Made by a program: the position numbers and the translations under genes | Origin: a virus | Length of the DNA: 64,000 nucleotides | Virus record (IMG/VR): IMGVR_UViG_3300045970_000591 | Location: 32,001-96,000 of that record | Direction: 5' to 3' (one strand) | Shown here: positions 18,565-28,670 of the stretch, piece by piece | Numbering within the stretch: position 1 is the first letter of the stretch | Layout of the letters: the number at the start of each line of letters is the position of its first letter | Notes under the pieces: model-generated | Told to the model about the DNA's origin: nothing | Seen by the model: the letters and a program-made list of their open reading frames with translations, nothing else | Databases searched by the model: none

Positions 18565-19394
18565 ACTGGATTAAAATCTATCTCACTCTCCCACGAATGT
18601 CCGCATTTATCGCAGTTGGCAATAAAAGATCTTTTTATACCTATTAGGTTTATTTCTTTTATTAGGTCTGATATTTTATCATATTCGGTTTTGTTAATAT
18701 TATTAAGAAACTCGGCTATAAATGCTCTATCAGTTACATTAATATTATTATTTTCATCTACTACCTTTATAACAGAGTTGCATAGTAGGTCTCTTGTTAT
18801 AACAATCATTTCTTTAAATGCATCCGAAAACATCTTCATTCTTTTATCTTCGTTGATTTCTTCATTGGCTATAGACCTTGATATTTTACTTTGTTCGAAC
18901 TGTGCGTGAAGTCCTTTTAGTAACTCTGGAAAACCGTAAGGCTTAACAAATATACTAACTCCACTGTCAAGATTAACTACATAGTCTTTTTCAAGATATG
19001 TCATGTTATCTATTGAATACTGTAAGTCTAGTTTAAATAAGTGTTGAGTTCCACACGACGGGCAAACTAGTTCTGTTTCAAGCGTATCCTCGTATGTGGC
19101 AAATCTTATAGCAGTGATTAACGCATCAATGTCGTTAGTAAGTAATGCTGTTGCTTTTTTAACGGCAGGCACACAACTATTAATAATCTCGACTAATGCC
19201 TCACCGTTTAGCAGTGCATCGGGGTTCTTTAATAGTAGTTCATCTTTACCTGTCATAGGCATAACACCTATTTCTCCGGTGGTAGTAAATTCTACAACAT
19301 TATCGGTATAGTATGATGTTCCGCTAGGTAGTTTCATATAAAGTTTAATCTGACGGAAATATTGTTTGAGTGGATTGTTAGCTTTTTGATCCAT
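18552..19394 (-). CDS. gp26: Baseplate hub assembly chaperone, T4 gp26-like
   Basis: NPLKQYFR..K.Y..LPS...Y...PMTGKDEL.LKNPDALLNGE, two CxxC pairs (CPSC, CDKC), ends F.P.NF. Divergent from tape measure. Start set to ATG 19394. Confidence 0.75.
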   Translation of the reverse strand: MDQKANNPLKQYFRQIKLYMKLPSGTSYYTDNVVEFTTTGEIGVMPMTGKDELLLKNPDALLNGEALVEIINSCVPAVKKATALLTNDIDALITAIRFATYEDTLETELVCPSCGTQHLFKLDLQYSIDNMTYLEKDYVVNLDSGVSIFVKPYGFPELLKGLHAQFEQSKISRSIANEEINEDKRMKMFSDAFKEMIVITRDLLCNSVIKVVDENNNINVTDRAFIAEFLNNINKTEYDKISDLIKEINLIGIKRSFIANCDKCGHSWESEIDFNPVNFS

Positions 19395-19417
19395 AATGCG
19401 CCTTATTTTATATTTGA

Positions 19418-19423
19418 TAAATA
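19418..19423 (+). promoter_or_regulatory. Late promoter TAAATA for the tape measure/portal operon; divergent partner at 19445-19450 (minus)
   Basis: GATAAATA 53 nt upstream of ATG 19476, within a 9-bp inverted repeat (19410-19434). Confidence 0.6.
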
Positions 19424-19475
19424 GTATCAAATATGTATTACTTTTATTTATCTATATACTTAATTGCCGGAAATT

Positions 19476-21992
19476 ATGACTGAAAATGTTTTTATCGCAG
19501 GGTCGAATGCAGGGTCTCTCTTTGGCGCATTAGATGGATATCCTCCCTGGGCCACCGAGGCCACGGCTAACAGAATACAAACTCATTTAGCTCAAAGCCT
19601 GAAAATTCAGAATTTAACGCTGGGTCAGCTTATGAAAAGTGCTACAGGGAAAGGTTCGGCACTATCTCCTGCAGAGGTTAATAAGCTCGATGATGCATTA
19701 AAGCAGGTAATAAATGATGCCGTCGATTTAACAAAAGAGAATAAGAAACGACGTAAGTTTTGGGGCGAAGAAGAAAAAGAAGCCGATCAAATACGCAGAA
19801 GATGGGGTGAATGGAAATCAAATAATGTCATAAAGGTTGCACTATTTGCTTCTTTAATGAAGTTGGGCCAGAGTATTACCTCAACATTTAAAGAAAACTT
19901 CAATACATTTACTAAGTTAAATGAGGCAGGGTTAGCCGTAACAAGTGGATTTGCCGAAGGGACAAGCGGATTCGCTGCATTGCAAGGATTAGTTAAGGAA
20001 GCAGGAGTGAGATATACAGATTTATCGGCTGCTATGATGAAATATAGTAATGCGATAAATTTAATAGGCGTAAAGAAATTTGCCACTACAATATCGGGTG
20101 CTCAACAAGGGCTCAGCTCGTTTGGGTACTCTACAAAAGAGACAGCAGATTTATTGGGTGCAATGACGACTGCACAAATGGCCCATGCCGATGTCACAGC
20201 ATTGACAGATAAAGAAAGAAGCGATAGTTTAGTAAAACTGGGTGGTAGTATATTTAAGCTAACAATGGCAACCGGCATGGCCCGTGGCGCAATGCTTTCT
20301 AACCTAGAATCAATATCAAAGAGTACCGATGCAAACGTGTTGGCTGGTCGAATAGGTAATGAATCGGCGTTAGAGATGGAGACCTTTTTAGCATCATTCA
20401 AAGATCAAAATATAGCTAAACAGATTCTGAAGTTAATGTCTGACCCTATCAAGCCATTAAATGCTACGTTTATGAATTTACAAAAAGCAGGTATGGGCGG
20501 CTTCGCACAAAAGTTTACTGCCTTTACAAATACCTTGGGTGATATGCCTGCAGATTTGAAAGCCCAAGAGATGAAGTCTTTTGTTGCAGCAAACAGAATG
20601 GAATTCAGTGTAAAAAAACAACAGCTTGCCCTACTCGCCCAAGCAGGATCAGCCGAAGCACAAGCATCCTTAGACTTTATTGTTTCGTTAGAACAACAGG
20701 CCGATTCTACAAAGGCATTAACAGAAGAAGAGCGAAAATTACGAGACGCTCAAATGAAAACAAATGAAGTGAGGTCTAAGCTATCTACTGCATTAGATAA
20801 GCTATCTGCGAGTTTTCAACTACTATTTGCACCGACAGAAGGTATGATTAAAGGCTTTACGATGCTAGTAGACGGTATTAACTGGGTTGTTACTAAGATT
20901 TATGACATATTCGGCCCTACTGTACTTTCCTGGGCCGGTGCCCTAGTAGCAGGAACAGCAGCAATAGTTGCATTCGCTTCAGGATTCGGCGTAGTCATAG
21001 ACATGTTTGCTAAGTTTAAAGATTGGAGAGGTGGTAAGAAAGGTTCTGCATCAGACGGATGGACTACTTCTTTAGGCGCGGATGGATCCGGCGGCAAAAC
21101 AAAGGGCGGTAAGAAAGGTAAAGGCGGTGGATTGTTAGATGGATTGGGTGGACTTGACGGCGGTATGCTCGAAGGCCTTGCAGCAGGACTAAAGGCCTTC
21201 GGCACAGGCAGTCTTCTCATAATAAAAGGTGCCGCTGTATTAGCTGCCAGTATAACTATTATAAGCGCAGGTATAGCAGCATCGGCATATATAATCGGCT
21301 GGGCATTGCCGAAGTTAGCAGAGGGATTTGAAGCATTTACTAAGGTAGATGGAGCAAACTTAATTAAAGTGGCATTAGGTGTCGGTGCATTAGGCGTAGC
21401 ATTTGGTGTATTTGCCGCAGGTAGCGTAGCTAGTTCGTTCGGAATGGGACTGAGCACAATAGGCAACGGTTTCTCTAAACTGTTCGGCGATGGATCAATA
21501 CTAGACCAACTTACTAAACTTTCTGGCATGGGTGACTCATTACAAGTTACAGCAAGTTCGATGTCGTCTATAGCAACAGGTATGTCTACACTATCTTCTG
21601 CACTATCATCATTTACTGGGTTAAATACATTAAAAGGTATAGTAGAAACAGTCAACAGTATAAGTGTTGTAAAGGCAGCAGCATTTGCTGCGTTATCATT
21701 AACAGGTATAGGATTACCATCTCCTACATCCCCGTCGGGCGTATCTAATCCTACCTCGCCGAGATTAACTACTGTGTCTAGTCCTTCTGCAACACCGGCA
21801 GCAGCAGGTTTGTCGCCACCTTCTAGCGATTCGTCTATACCGTCGAAACCCGGAATAGAGAAGGCAGCAGACAAAACCGACATAAATAGCGTTATAGCAT
21901 ACCAAAGTTCTGTTTTAGAACAAATATTGTTGAGTACAAACAACTTAGTAAGCGTCAATAAAGACATACTAAGAGCATCGAAGAATCGATAA
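19476..21992 (+). CDS. Tape measure protein
   Basis: Long Ala/Gly/Ser-rich helical protein with hydrophobic segments, between the gp26-like gene and portal. Confidence 0.75.
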   Translation: MTENVFIAGSNAGSLFGALDGYPPWATEATANRIQTHLAQSLKIQNLTLGQLMKSATGKGSALSPAEVNKLDDALKQVINDAVDLTKENKKRRKFWGEEEKEADQIRRRWGEWKSNNVIKVALFASLMKLGQSITSTFKENFNTFTKLNEAGLAVTSGFAEGTSGFAALQGLVKEAGVRYTDLSAAMMKYSNAINLIGVKKFATTISGAQQGLSSFGYSTKETADLLGAMTTAQMAHADVTALTDKERSDSLVKLGGSIFKLTMATGMARGAMLSNLESISKSTDANVLAGRIGNESALEMETFLASFKDQNIAKQILKLMSDPIKPLNATFMNLQKAGMGGFAQKFTAFTNTLGDMPADLKAQEMKSFVAANRMEFSVKKQQLALLAQAGSAEAQASLDFIVSLEQQADSTKALTEEERKLRDAQMKTNEVRSKLSTALDKLSASFQLLFAPTEGMIKGFTMLVDGINWVVTKIYDIFGPTVLSWAGALVAGTAAIVAFASGFGVVIDMFAKFKDWRGGKKGSASDGWTTSLGADGSGGKTKGGKKGKGGGLLDGLGGLDGGMLEGLAAGLKAFGTGSLLIIKGAAVLAASITIISAGIAASAYIIGWALPKLAEGFEAFTKVDGANLIKVALGVGALGVAFGVFAAGSVASSFGMGLSTIGNGFSKLFGDGSILDQLTKLSGMGDSLQVTASSMSSIATGMSTLSSALSSFTGLNTLKGIVETVNSISVVKAAAFAALSLTGIGLPSPTSPSGVSNPTSPRLTTVSSPSATPAAAGLSPPSSDSSIPSKPGIEKAADKTDINSVIAYQSSVLEQILLSTNNLVSVNKDILRASKNR

Positions 21993-22006
21993 CATAGAGA
22001 AAACCA

Positions 22007-23767
22007 ATGTCATTTAAAAAATATTTCAAACCCGTTAATTCAGTGTTACCAGTTGCACAACGTGCAGTTGATAATACCGGTGCATATACAGCATCTAACA
22101 AATATAACAGTTGGTTACCAGAAGTGTACTCCGGCCCGCCAGATAGACTGCAACGATACACTGTATATGATCAAATGAATTATGATCACGAAATTAGCGC
22201 AGCACTGGACACTATTGCCGATTTCGGTGCCGAGCCCGATGAAGTAACAAAGTTACCGTTGTTGATAGAATATAACGACGAACCTACTCCTAGCGAAATA
22301 CAGATATTAGAAAAGACTTTAAGTCAGTGGGTTAGGTTGAATAAACTCAATCGAAGATTATGGAGAATGTTTCGCTCTACATTAGTATACGGAGATCAGT
22401 TCTTTTTACGAGACCCCGAAACATTTGAACTTTATTGGATTGATCCAGTTAAAGTAGAAAAGGTTATTGTCAACGAAAGCGAAGGTAAGAAAATAGAAAG
22501 CTATTTCATTAAAGATATTGATTTAAATCAGAAGAATTTAATAGCAACAAATCAACTAAACAAGCTATCTACACAAGCATTTGGATCTAATAGTATTGTA
22601 TTTTCCCCACCAATGGCAGGTAATATGAACTATGTATCGGGTGGGTTTGGCAGTGCAGGTTCTGCTAACTACCAAGACGGAAGTGCTACGGCAGTTGATG
22701 CAGCACACATTGTTCAACTATCGCTTACTGACGGAATGAATATAGCTTGGCCGTTTGGATTAAGTATACTAGAACAAATATACAAAGTTTATAAACAAAA
22801 AGAACTGCTCGAAGATGCTATTTTAATATATCGCATACACCGTGCTCCAGAAAGACGTATGTTCTTTATTGATGTGGGCACAATGCCACCTAATAAAGCA
22901 CAACAATATTTGGAACGTGTTCGTTATGAAGTTCAACAAAAGCGCGTGCCTAGTAGAACAGGTGGCGGTGCCAGTGTTGTTGATTCAACATACAATCCTA
23001 TGTCTATGCTAGAAGATTATTTCTTTGCTGTGACAAGTGAAGGCCGTGGTTCAAAAGTAGAAACATTACAAGGCGGAGATAACCTAGGTGATATCGATGA
23101 CTTAAAATATTTCAACAATAAGATGTTAAGGGCGCTCGGCGTTCCTAGTTCTTATCTACCTACAGGACCGGAAGACGGCACAGCAGCAATGGGCGACGGA
23201 AAAGTAGGTACAGCATTTATTCAGGAGTTTAGATTTTCAAAAGTAGTAACTAGGTATCAACAGCAGATAATAGAGCCTATAGATGATGAGTTTAAGTTAT
23301 TTCTTAAACATAAAGGAATAACAATAGATAATAGCTTGTTCCAGCTTACGTTTACTCCTGCACAATCTTTCTCTGAGTATAGACAGTTAGAACTAGATTC
23401 TGCTCGCATTAATACATTTCAGGCACTTACAGATATATCTTTTGTGTCTAAACGGTTTATTCTTAAAACGTATCTTGGTTGGACAGAAGCTCAACTTAAT
23501 GAAAACGAAGTTATGTGGAAAGAAGAACGTAGTAGACTCTCAAGGCCTTCTGCATCTGCAGGTGGCGGAGCAGGTGGCGGAGCAGGTGGCGGAGGCGGCA
23601 TGGGTGGTATGGGCGGCGGCTCTCCCGCAGCAGGCCTATCCGATGTTGGTATAACAAGTTCCGGAATCGACGGTATGGCACCTCCAGAAGAGGGTGATGG
23701 TATGGGAGATGACGCAGGTGGAGCCCCTGTGTCCGACACAGAAGTAAGCGGGTTCGGTAGTCAGTAA
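22007..23767 (+). CDS. gp20: Portal protein
   Basis: EDAILIYRIHRAPERRMFFIDVGTMPPNKAQQY, EDYFF...EGRGSKVETLQGG, DDLKYF. Gly-rich acidic tail. Confidence 0.95.
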   Translation: MSFKKYFKPVNSVLPVAQRAVDNTGAYTASNKYNSWLPEVYSGPPDRLQRYTVYDQMNYDHEISAALDTIADFGAEPDEVTKLPLLIEYNDEPTPSEIQILEKTLSQWVRLNKLNRRLWRMFRSTLVYGDQFFLRDPETFELYWIDPVKVEKVIVNESEGKKIESYFIKDIDLNQKNLIATNQLNKLSTQAFGSNSIVFSPPMAGNMNYVSGGFGSAGSANYQDGSATAVDAAHIVQLSLTDGMNIAWPFGLSILEQIYKVYKQKELLEDAILIYRIHRAPERRMFFIDVGTMPPNKAQQYLERVRYEVQQKRVPSRTGGGASVVDSTYNPMSMLEDYFFAVTSEGRGSKVETLQGGDNLGDIDDLKYFNNKMLRALGVPSSYLPTGPEDGTAAMGDGKVGTAFIQEFRFSKVVTRYQQQIIEPIDDEFKLFLKHKGITIDNSLFQLTFTPAQSFSEYRQLELDSARINTFQALTDISFVSKRFILKTYLGWTEAQLNENEVMWKEERSRLSRPSASAGGGAGGGAGGGGGMGGMGGGSPAAGLSDVGITSSGIDGMAPPEEGDGMGDDAGGAPVSDTEVSGFGSQ

Positions 23768-24201
23768 TGAAAGCGGCAGAGTTTAGTATACCAGAGTCGC
23801 TTGATAGTGATATACAATCGACAGTAAGCGCTCATGCATCAGAGTTTAGAACAAGGGCAACTATAGGTAATAGAAATGTTGACTTCGAAGCATTAAAATA
23901 TAGCAGTGCCAACAAGTGGGAAATTGCGTTTACAGAGTCGCGCCCAGGTAGGAAATATGTCAGTAAAACAGGGTCGGGGAGCGAATTACAAGTTTTTTCT
24001 TTTGTGATTGCATCTATAAAAGACTTTATTGCTAGATATGCACCAGAGTCAGTTGAGTTTTCATCACACAAAGACGACGGCAACAGGACATCATTGTATA
24101 ACAGAATAATCAATCGTATTAAAATAGATGGTTATCATTTACAAGATGTAGAGTCTGGCACCTATGATGATAGATTTATTATTGTTCGAAATGATAAATA
24201 A
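23767..24201 (+). CDS. Hypothetical protein, possible head-associated/internal protein
   Basis: Translationally coupled to portal (TAATG). MKAAEF start; TG.G...VF..V...I..F...P..V.F.......R..LY pattern. Confidence 0.55.
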   Translation: MKAAEFSIPESLDSDIQSTVSAHASEFRTRATIGNRNVDFEALKYSSANKWEIAFTESRPGRKYVSKTGSGSELQVFSFVIASIKDFIARYAPESVEFSSHKDDGNRTSLYNRIINRIKIDGYHLQDVESGTYDDRFIIVRNDK

Positions 24202-24205
24202 CTGT

Positions 24206-24433
24206 ATGAATGTTAAAGAACTACTTTTCGAATTCTATGATCCTGCAGATGATCAAATGGGAATTACACACATGGATGATACAAGGCGTCCGCGACTAAC
24301 TATACTTCATTTACAGAAGCTAAGGAAGGCCCGCGATGTCGAAAAATACGAAACTGCACAGCATCTTAACTTCATTCCCGACATGTATGGACAGGCAGCA
24401 GCTCAGGAAGCTGGCGGCATGCCAGGCATGTAA
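24206..24433 (+). CDS. Small head-cluster protein
   Basis: MNVKELLFEFYDPADD...DTRRPRLT..HLQKLRK. Start at ATG 24206, after TAAATA (24195-24200). Confidence 0.65.
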   Translation: MNVKELLFEFYDPADDQMGITHMDDTRRPRLTILHLQKLRKARDVEKYETAQHLNFIPDMYGQAAAQEAGGMPGM

Positions 24434-24449
24434 TACTCCTGTTTTTTAG

Positions 24450-24455
24450 TAAATA
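24450..24455 (+). promoter_or_regulatory. Late promoter TAAATA for the prohead core/protease/scaffold/MCP operon
   Basis: GTAAATA in the loop of a 9-bp inverted repeat (24442-24464). A second TAAATA lies nearer the gene. Confidence 0.55.
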
Positions 24456-24583
24456 ACTAAAAAATATACAAAATGGCGTCTTTTATAGCCATTTCCACCT
24501 ACGATCGCGGCCATTTAGTTAAATAAGCTAGAACACCATTAATATGGGCTTTAAATTTTTAACTAAACAAGGAGAGGCTAGGC

Positions 24584-25633
24584 ATGTCACAACAAAAAAA
24601 GCTAGAACAGGTATTAGACCTTCTGTTATCAGAAGACTCGGACCGGGCTGCTGAATTACTACATTCTATCATTGTAGAAAAAGCAAGAACTATTTATGAA
24701 AGTATTGTCGACGAAGAAGATGACGTTGTAGGTGGCGAACCTAGCGAAGACTTCACAAACGATATCTCTGCAGATGCCGATGATATTGATTCGGACGAAC
24801 AAAACGACGGTGAAGCTGACGACAGCGAAGAAGGCGAAGAAGGCGACGATGAATTCGGCGGCGAAGAAGGCGAAGGCGAAGAAGGTGAAGGCGAAGAAGG
24901 ATCCGTGGAAGATAGGATCGAATCTTTGGAAGACCAACTTGCTCAACTAACTGCTGATTTTGAAGAAATCATGTCCGGTGGAGAAGGTGACGGCGATGCA
25001 GACGATTTCGGCGGCGAGCCTGACGGCGATGCAGACGATTTCGGCGGCGATGATGAGTTTGGTGGCGAAGAAGACTTCGGTGGCGAACAAGACTTTGGTG
25101 GCGAAGAAGACTTCGGTGGCGAACAAGACTTTGGTGGCGAAGACGGCGAAGAAAAAGTTATCGGCGAAATCACAGCAACAATGTTCGAGAAACAAAAAGC
25201 AAAGAAGGCAGTCGACGATAAGGCAGCAAAACTTAAACTTGCAGCACAAGCAAAAGACAAAAAGAAAGATAAGAAAGTCGACGAAGAAACAAAGTTTCTT
25301 AACGCAGTAGGCGATACAGGTCAAAAAGGCACAGCTAAGTTAGTCGGTACAGGTAAAGGTATGTCTTTGGGCGCTGAACAAAATCAGTCACCATATACAC
25401 ACGCACCTGCTAAGAAAGACTTCGGTGGCGGCCCAGTTAAGATTGGTAAAGGCACTGGCGGCGAGTATGGCAAATACCACGGTGATTCTGCAACAAATAA
25501 AACACCATCGGATAACGTAAAAGTAACACCGAAGAATGTTTCTACAAAAGCAGATACAACAGCTAAGTTTACCGGTGGTAAAGTAGCAGGCGATGGTTTT
25601 AGCAAATCTCCATTGTCAAAGAAACCAGCGTAA
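24584..25633 (+). CDS. Acidic prohead core / scaffolding protein
   Basis: Very acidic centre with (D/E)FGGE repeats and a basic C-terminus. Position between portal and prohead protease; GGAG SD. Confidence 0.65.
   Translation: MSQQKKLEQVLDLLLSEDSDRAAELLHSIIVEKARTIYESIVDEEDDVVGGEPSEDFTNDISADADDIDSDEQNDGEADDSEEGEEGDDEFGGEEGEGEEGEGEEGSVEDRIESLEDQLAQLTADFEEIMSGGEGDGDADDFGGEPDGDADDFGGDDEFGGEEDFGGEQDFGGEEDFGGEQDFGGEDGEEKVIGEITATMFEKQKAKKAVDDKAAKLKLAAQAKDKKKDKKVDEETKFLNAVGDTGQKGTAKLVGTGKGMSLGAEQNQSPYTHAPAKKDFGGGPVKIGKGTGGEYGKYHGDSATNKTPSDNVKVTPKNVSTKADTTAKFTGGKVAGDGFSKSPLSKKPA
24988..25143 (+). repeat. Coding tandem repeats in the prohead core gene
   Basis: 30-nt TGACGGCGATGCAGACGATTTCGGCGGCGA twice at a 33-nt period, then 18-nt GACTT(C/T)GGTGGCGAA(C/G)AA units. 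Confidence 0.9.
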
Positions 25634-25645
25634 GGACTGACGTAA

Positions 25646-26278
25646 ATGGCAAATAAACTGTACGAATTCTTATCGTTTGATAAGGCGCATGTACAACTTC
25701 TTGAAGAAGATAACAAGATTGGTGGTAAAGATCTCTGCATGAAAGGGATCTTTATCCAAGGTGACGTAAGAAACCAAAACCAACGTGTATATCCTGCGAG
25801 AGAAATAGCCAAAGCAGTTCATTCGATTACAGAAAAGTTAAGTACCGGTCAATCAGTTATGGGCGAGCTCGACCATCCAGAAGAGCTCTCTATTAACCTA
25901 GACCGTGTTAGTCACCTCATTACAGAAATGTGGATGGAAGGTGCAGATGGATACGGTAAGCTGAAAATAGTCCCAACCCCGATGGGCAACATTATTAAGA
26001 CATTGTTGCAGTCGGGGGCGAAGTTGGGCGTTTCTTCCCGTGGTTCCGGTAATGTTGGTAATGACGGGGCAGTTTCCGAATTTGAGATTGTTACTGTTGA
26101 TATCGTTGCACAACCAAGTGCTCCAGATGCATTTCCGAGAACAGTATATGAAAGTCTTTATAACATGAAGGGTGGTTCAAATGTGATGCTGACCGCAAGA
26201 GCAGCGTTAACAGAGGCCTCTGCACAAAAACAGCTTGTTAAAGACATTCAGAGATTTATTCAAGAGTTAAAAATTTAG
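25646..26278 (+). CDS. gp21: Prohead protease
   Basis: GIFIQGDVRNQNQRVYP, GELDHP, GKLK..PTPMG, LGVSSRGSG, DIVAQPSAP.A. Confidence 0.93.
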   Translation: MANKLYEFLSFDKAHVQLLEEDNKIGGKDLCMKGIFIQGDVRNQNQRVYPAREIAKAVHSITEKLSTGQSVMGELDHPEELSINLDRVSHLITEMWMEGADGYGKLKIVPTPMGNIIKTLLQSGAKLGVSSRGSGNVGNDGAVSEFEIVTVDIVAQPSAPDAFPRTVYESLYNMKGGSNVMLTARAALTEASAQKQLVKDIQRFIQELKI

Positions 26279-26289
26279 GAGAACTCAAG

Positions 26290-27408
26290 ATGGCAAAAAA
26301 GTTAGATGAACTCTTGAGTGAAAGCGTTGGATTATCCGAGGATACCAAAACTCAAATAGTTGGGTTATGGGAAACAAAGATCACCGAAGCGCGTGAAGAA
26401 GTTGCAGCAACACTCCGCGAGGAATTTGCACGTAAATTCGACCACGACAAAGGTGTTTTAGTTGAATCCATGGATAGGTTCTTAACAGACCAAGTCCGCG
26501 TCGAGCTCGAAGAATTCGCAGATGATAAGAGAAAACTTGTCGAAGAACGGGTAGCCTACAAAGGTAAGCTCGTAGAACACACAAAAATGTTAAACACATT
26601 TATCACAGAGTCCGTAGCTAAAGAAATGAAAGAGTTTTATTCTGAAAAGAAGGCGATGAAGGAAAACTTCACAAAACTTGAAAACTTTCTGTTGAAACAA
26701 CTTGCTGAAGAAATTCGCGAGTTCCGTGCTGATAAGAAGTCCCTTGTGGAACAAAAAGTCAAAATGGTCACAGAAGGCAAGAAGAAGCTACAAGAAACAA
26801 AGGTGAATTTTGTTAAGCGTGCAGCTCAGATTATCGAATCAAACATCGATAATACATTGCGTGCAGAAATTGGACAATTCAAAGATGACATCCGTGTCGC
26901 CCGCGAAAACGATTTCGGCCGTAAGATTTTTGAGAGCGTAGCAGCAGAATTTATGACTTCGTACTTAAACGAAGGTACAGAAATCAGCAAAATGCAAAAA
27001 ATGGTAGAATCTAAGACAAACGAATTGAAGGCAATGAGGGCGACAGTCCTTAAGAGCAAGCAACTTGTTGAATCGATGGATTCGAAGTTACGCGCATCCA
27101 AAGATTTAGTCGAAAGACAAACTGTGATGAACGAATTACTTGCCCCATTATCGAAAGATAAGCAAGGTGTAATGAAAGAATTGCTTGAGTCGGTGCAGAC
27201 AAAGAATTTACAAGGTTCGTATAACAAATACTTGCCAAGTGTTCTAAATGAAGCCGGAAATCGTAAACCTGTGTTTAAAACAACACAGTTAAATGAAGCA
27301 GCATTGTCAGCCAAGACAGGTGACAGAGCGAAGGTCGCTCAAACCGATGAAGAAACTCAAGATTCGTTGGAACTTAGTAGAATATTAGCCCTAGCCGGCA
27401 GAAAATAA
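26290..27408 (+). CDS. gp22: Prohead scaffolding protein
   Basis: Charged coiled coil with many L/I-x-E sites (LSES, ITES, LNEG, LNEA), between gp21 and gp23. Confidence 0.8.
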   Translation: MAKKLDELLSESVGLSEDTKTQIVGLWETKITEAREEVAATLREEFARKFDHDKGVLVESMDRFLTDQVRVELEEFADDKRKLVEERVAYKGKLVEHTKMLNTFITESVAKEMKEFYSEKKAMKENFTKLENFLLKQLAEEIREFRADKKSLVEQKVKMVTEGKKKLQETKVNFVKRAAQIIESNIDNTLRAEIGQFKDDIRVARENDFGRKIFESVAAEFMTSYLNEGTEISKMQKMVESKTNELKAMRATVLKSKQLVESMDSKLRASKDLVERQTVMNELLAPLSKDKQGVMKELLESVQTKNLQGSYNKYLPSVLNEAGNRKPVFKTTQLNEAALSAKTGDRAKVAQTDEETQDSLELSRILALAGRK

Positions 27409-27423
27409 TTTAGGAGAAAAATA

Positions 27424-28596
27424 ATGGCAACAAAGCTATTTGAATCAAACTGGGGCGCTACAAAACAAGCCCTTTTAGAAGGCCTATCAGGAACCCGCCG
27501 CCAATCCATGGACACAGTGTTTGAAAACACTCGTAGATATTTGGCAGAATCGGCAACTGCTGGTGCCACACAATCAGGTAATATTGCAGTTCTTAACAAA
27601 GTAATGCTACCTTTAATCCGTCGGGTTATGCCGACCGTTATCGCTAACGAAATCATGGGTGTTCAGCCTATGACAGGTCCTGTGGGTCAAATCCACACCC
27701 TGCGCGTTCGTTACGCTAACACTGCCGCTGGTGTAACAGCTGGTACAGAAGCACTTGGTCCATTCGAAATTGCTAAGGCATATTCGGGTAACGAAGTTGC
27801 TGCTAATGCCGCAGCCGCATCGACAGCACGTTTAGAAGGCGTACCAGGTAACAAGTTAAGCATCCAAATCTTGAAAGAGACCGTGGAAGCTAAGACACGT
27901 AAGTTATCAGCTCGCTGGACATTTGAAGCAGCACAAGATGCTAATGCTATTCATGGTATTGACATCGAAGCAGAAATCATGCAAGCTCTTGCACAAGAAA
28001 TCACTGTTGAAATCGACCAAGAAATGTTGTTCAAGTTAGGTAGCTTAGTGCCAGTTGCACCAACTACATTCAACCAAGCAGCAGTGTCTGGAACAGCTAC
28101 TTATGTTGGTGACGAAATGGCCGCTCTTGCAGTCATGATCAACCAGCAAGCAAACTTGATTTCCACTCGCACACGTCGCGGTGCAGCTAACTGGGCAGTT
28201 GTTTCGCCAACAGCGTTAACAATTCTTCAGTCTGCTACTACATCGACATTTGCTCGTACCACAGAAGGTACATTCGAAGCACCTACAAACACAAAGTTTG
28301 TTGGTACATTGAACAGCACAATGCGCGTGTATGTGAACCAATACGCAAGTGATGGCGACCCTATTTTGTTAGGTTACAAAGGCCCAACAGAAACAGACGC
28401 AGCAGCTTACTACTGCCCATACATTCCATTGATGAGCATCGGCCCAATCATGGATCCACAGACTTTCGAGCCAGTGGTTTCGTTCATGACACGCTATGGC
28501 TACTTGGAATTGACCAACACAGCAAACAGCTTCGGTAACGCAGCTGACTATTTGTCCAAGGTTGGAATAGACAGCAGCACATTGAAATTTTATTGA
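27424..28596 (+). CDS. gp23: Major capsid protein
   Basis: LPLIRRVMP...GVQPMTGPVGQI..LR, A..RKL.ARWT.E.AQD....HG.D.E, YCPYIPL, MTRYG. Confidence 0.95.
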   Translation: MATKLFESNWGATKQALLEGLSGTRRQSMDTVFENTRRYLAESATAGATQSGNIAVLNKVMLPLIRRVMPTVIANEIMGVQPMTGPVGQIHTLRVRYANTAAGVTAGTEALGPFEIAKAYSGNEVAANAAAASTARLEGVPGNKLSIQILKETVEAKTRKLSARWTFEAAQDANAIHGIDIEAEIMQALAQEITVEIDQEMLFKLGSLVPVAPTTFNQAAVSGTATYVGDEMAALAVMINQQANLISTRTRRGAANWAVVSPTALTILQSATTSTFARTTEGTFEAPTNTKFVGTLNSTMRVYVNQYASDGDPILLGYKGPTETDAAAYYCPYIPLMSIGPIMDPQTFEPVVSFMTRYGYLELTNTANSFGNAADYLSKVGIDSSTLKFY

Positions 28597-28642
28597 TCAA
28601 AAAGGAAGTATTCAACTACTTCCTCGGATAATAAAAATAAGA

Positions 28643-28667
28643 AGCCTCACTTTGTGGGGCTTTTTCT
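28643..28667 (+). terminator. Rho-independent terminator after the major capsid gene
   Basis: AGCCTCAC-TTT-GTGGGGCT stem followed by TTTTCTT. A second hairpin GGAAGTA-TTCAAC-TACTTCC lies at 28604-28623. Confidence 0.75.
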
Positions 28668-28670
28668 TGA

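Noticed and set aside
11165-28596. Inteins or group I introns in gp46, portal or MCP
   Set aside because: The proteins are uninterrupted, of ordinary size, and show no splicing or LAGLIDADG/HNH motifs.
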